DNA of 64,000 nucleotides from Raillietiella orientalis (Eukaryota): NCBI GenBank assembly GCA_036172245.1, contig JAYWIR010000042.1, positions 620,001 to 684,000 of the forward strand, read 5' to 3'. Shown piece by piece: positions 62,330 to 64,000 of this stretch (position 1 is its first letter; each line of letters starts with the position of its first letter). The notes under the pieces were generated by a model. It saw only the letters and a program-made list of their open reading frames with translations, ran no database searches and was not told where the DNA came from. The position numbers and the translations under genes were made by a program.

Positions 62330-63010
62330 AACGAAAGGATACCTTCATCGCTAATGCAGGCAAGAATTTGAGGGAAACAGAGCTCACATCATTTTTGGAA
62401 TACCTCTGGCTCCAGAAAGCAGTTTTTCAAGAGGAAACTCCTCCACGGTTGAGCAACAGAAGTTTGATGCAACCGAGGGACTTACATGAGGTAGTTTGGG
62501 GAAGTCTGACTTATGTCGCAACTTTAAGTAACATATGTAAAATGACTTAAAGTTTTCATACCTGGATTGCTTCACTTCAGGATTTCCTATTTAACCTTCC
62601 CAGTTCACGTACACTAGACTGGCGCTACGGGAGGCTTAGAACAGGCACCACGTTCGCATTCTTATCTTGTTTCCCTTTGTTATCATTTCAACTCTTTTAG
62701 CAATCTGATTCGAAGCATAGTGTTCTTTTCTTACCACCTTTTGTTAGTGAGCGTTCCACTTTCATGGAAACACCTTTATGATCCTTCACTCCCATTAGTC
62801 GTGAGACTGTTCTTTGGTTGTCATAATCGGATGTTCCAGCATTCATACTTACGAAGCATTTCAATCTATTGGCTGCTAAGTCCAGCTCCGATTCCTGGAA
62901 AGACGTTCCTAGAAACTGGACCATTCTTCAAGGTGACTCTTTTTTCATGGGGATGTATCAGAGCTGCAATGCAAATCGTTTGATTCTCTCCCTGTTCCAG
63001 CAGCTCCGAT
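62330..63010 (-). mobile_element. Ty3/Gypsy RT thumb / RNase H connection remnant
   Basis: VQFLG...AANRLKCF...RTVSRLMG (cf. V.FLG...KV.AI...LRSFLG), then SVASNFCCSTV (cf. DAS..G.GAV). Confidence 0.45.
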
Positions 63011-63379
63011 CTTCAACAGCGAGCATCGAGCATTGGTGTGATGAATCAAGTTAAATTATGTTTAAATTCCATTATGTTTAAAAGATGGTCTCCGGAAACA
63101 ACAGAGGTACATTGTATGTATGCAGTGACTAGAATAAAATTACATGGGTCCTTTTCTGCGCTTTCGCACAAGCAACTACTTGGGGATTTTCATGTCGACT
63201 TGAAGTGAGGCATCCATAAGAACTCACAGCTTGATTGTGAAAGTGGCGGATCTTTCCATTCCGGAGTTTTCCCTATTCTGACCACCACCACGACGAGCAC
63301 ACTTGCTGTACCTACGATCAGCTCGATCGGGAATGCTCCAGATTCCTAAGCTCTCATTGAAAATCCACATTTGAAGCTG

Positions 63380-63500
63380 CCGACGTTCATTGGAACGCCG
63401 ATTTCTTTCACGTTTCGGAACCGATATCGATGAATCAACACGTACAGGGTGATCGTGTTTAAAGAACTTTTCTATCCATGAATTCCTTCCCTTTACTGAA
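63380..63500 (-). mobile_element. Possible non-LTR RT fragment
   Basis: SWIEKFFKHDHPVRVDSSIS (cf. WI.SFL..R.Q.V.V....S). No further motifs seen. Confidence 0.25.
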
Positions 63501-64000
63501 ATTGGTTGAGCCTTCGAGACTGCAACCATTATTCTACATCCATTGCGGAGAATTTTTAGACTCACTTCGGGCTCCTCATAGAACGTGTGCTTTTCCTCAA
63601 CTGGAAGCGGAAGACTTGATCGACCAAATACTGAGCACTGTCTTTTTCTTATATCGAAATGAACAAATTGAGTTTGATTCTCAAGACATGGAGTTCTGGA
63701 CTTCCTGTACAGCTGCTCGCAAAGAGAAACCGATTGGCTTTTTCAAATTCAGTGTAAGACTGTATGGGTTCTGATGTTTTCGTCTTCTTTCATTGATTCT
63801 GAGTCTAACTTGGAAGCGGACGAGCAACCACTGCATAGCTTTTCCTTCAGATTTTTGTGTTTTCTGTGTTTGTGTTTCTCCCCGTAAGTGTAAATGACGA
63901 GAAAGGGAACGGGTTCCTTTGTTTTCTATCATTTAAGGCCTCCCGGATCAAAAAAGCCCCATTTCATAAAGGTGGCGACTATGCATTCCTTTGGTCATCC

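Overview
Eukaryotic (probably invertebrate animal) genomic DNA with no intact protein-coding gene that I can support. The ORF track is almost entirely spurious or antisense/frameshifted pieces of decayed elements. The window is a dense graveyard of old transposon remnants (Gypsy, BEL/Pao, non-LTR RT/RNase H, NeSL-like RLE, RTE, Penelope, hAT, MULE, Harbinger), recognised by eye by stitching protein motifs across frameshifts. The main discovery is endogenous negative-strand RNA virus sequence hidden across reading frames. (1) A ~4 kb fossil Mononegavirales-type L polymerase at ~31.75-35.9 kb (+) keeps about a dozen motifs in the right order and spacing and sits back-to-back with a Gypsy integrase remnant. 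(2) A ~1.6 kb chuvirus-type glycoprotein remnant lies at ~39.65-41.2 kb (+). (3) A weaker rhabdovirus-G-like remnant lies at ~8 kb (+). A ~700-850 bp repeat present three times has a tRNA-like Pol III head on one strand, PPT/TG...CA LTR-like marks on the other, and an internal ~40-bp hairpin array. All calls are manual motif recognition without database searches, and boundaries are approximate.
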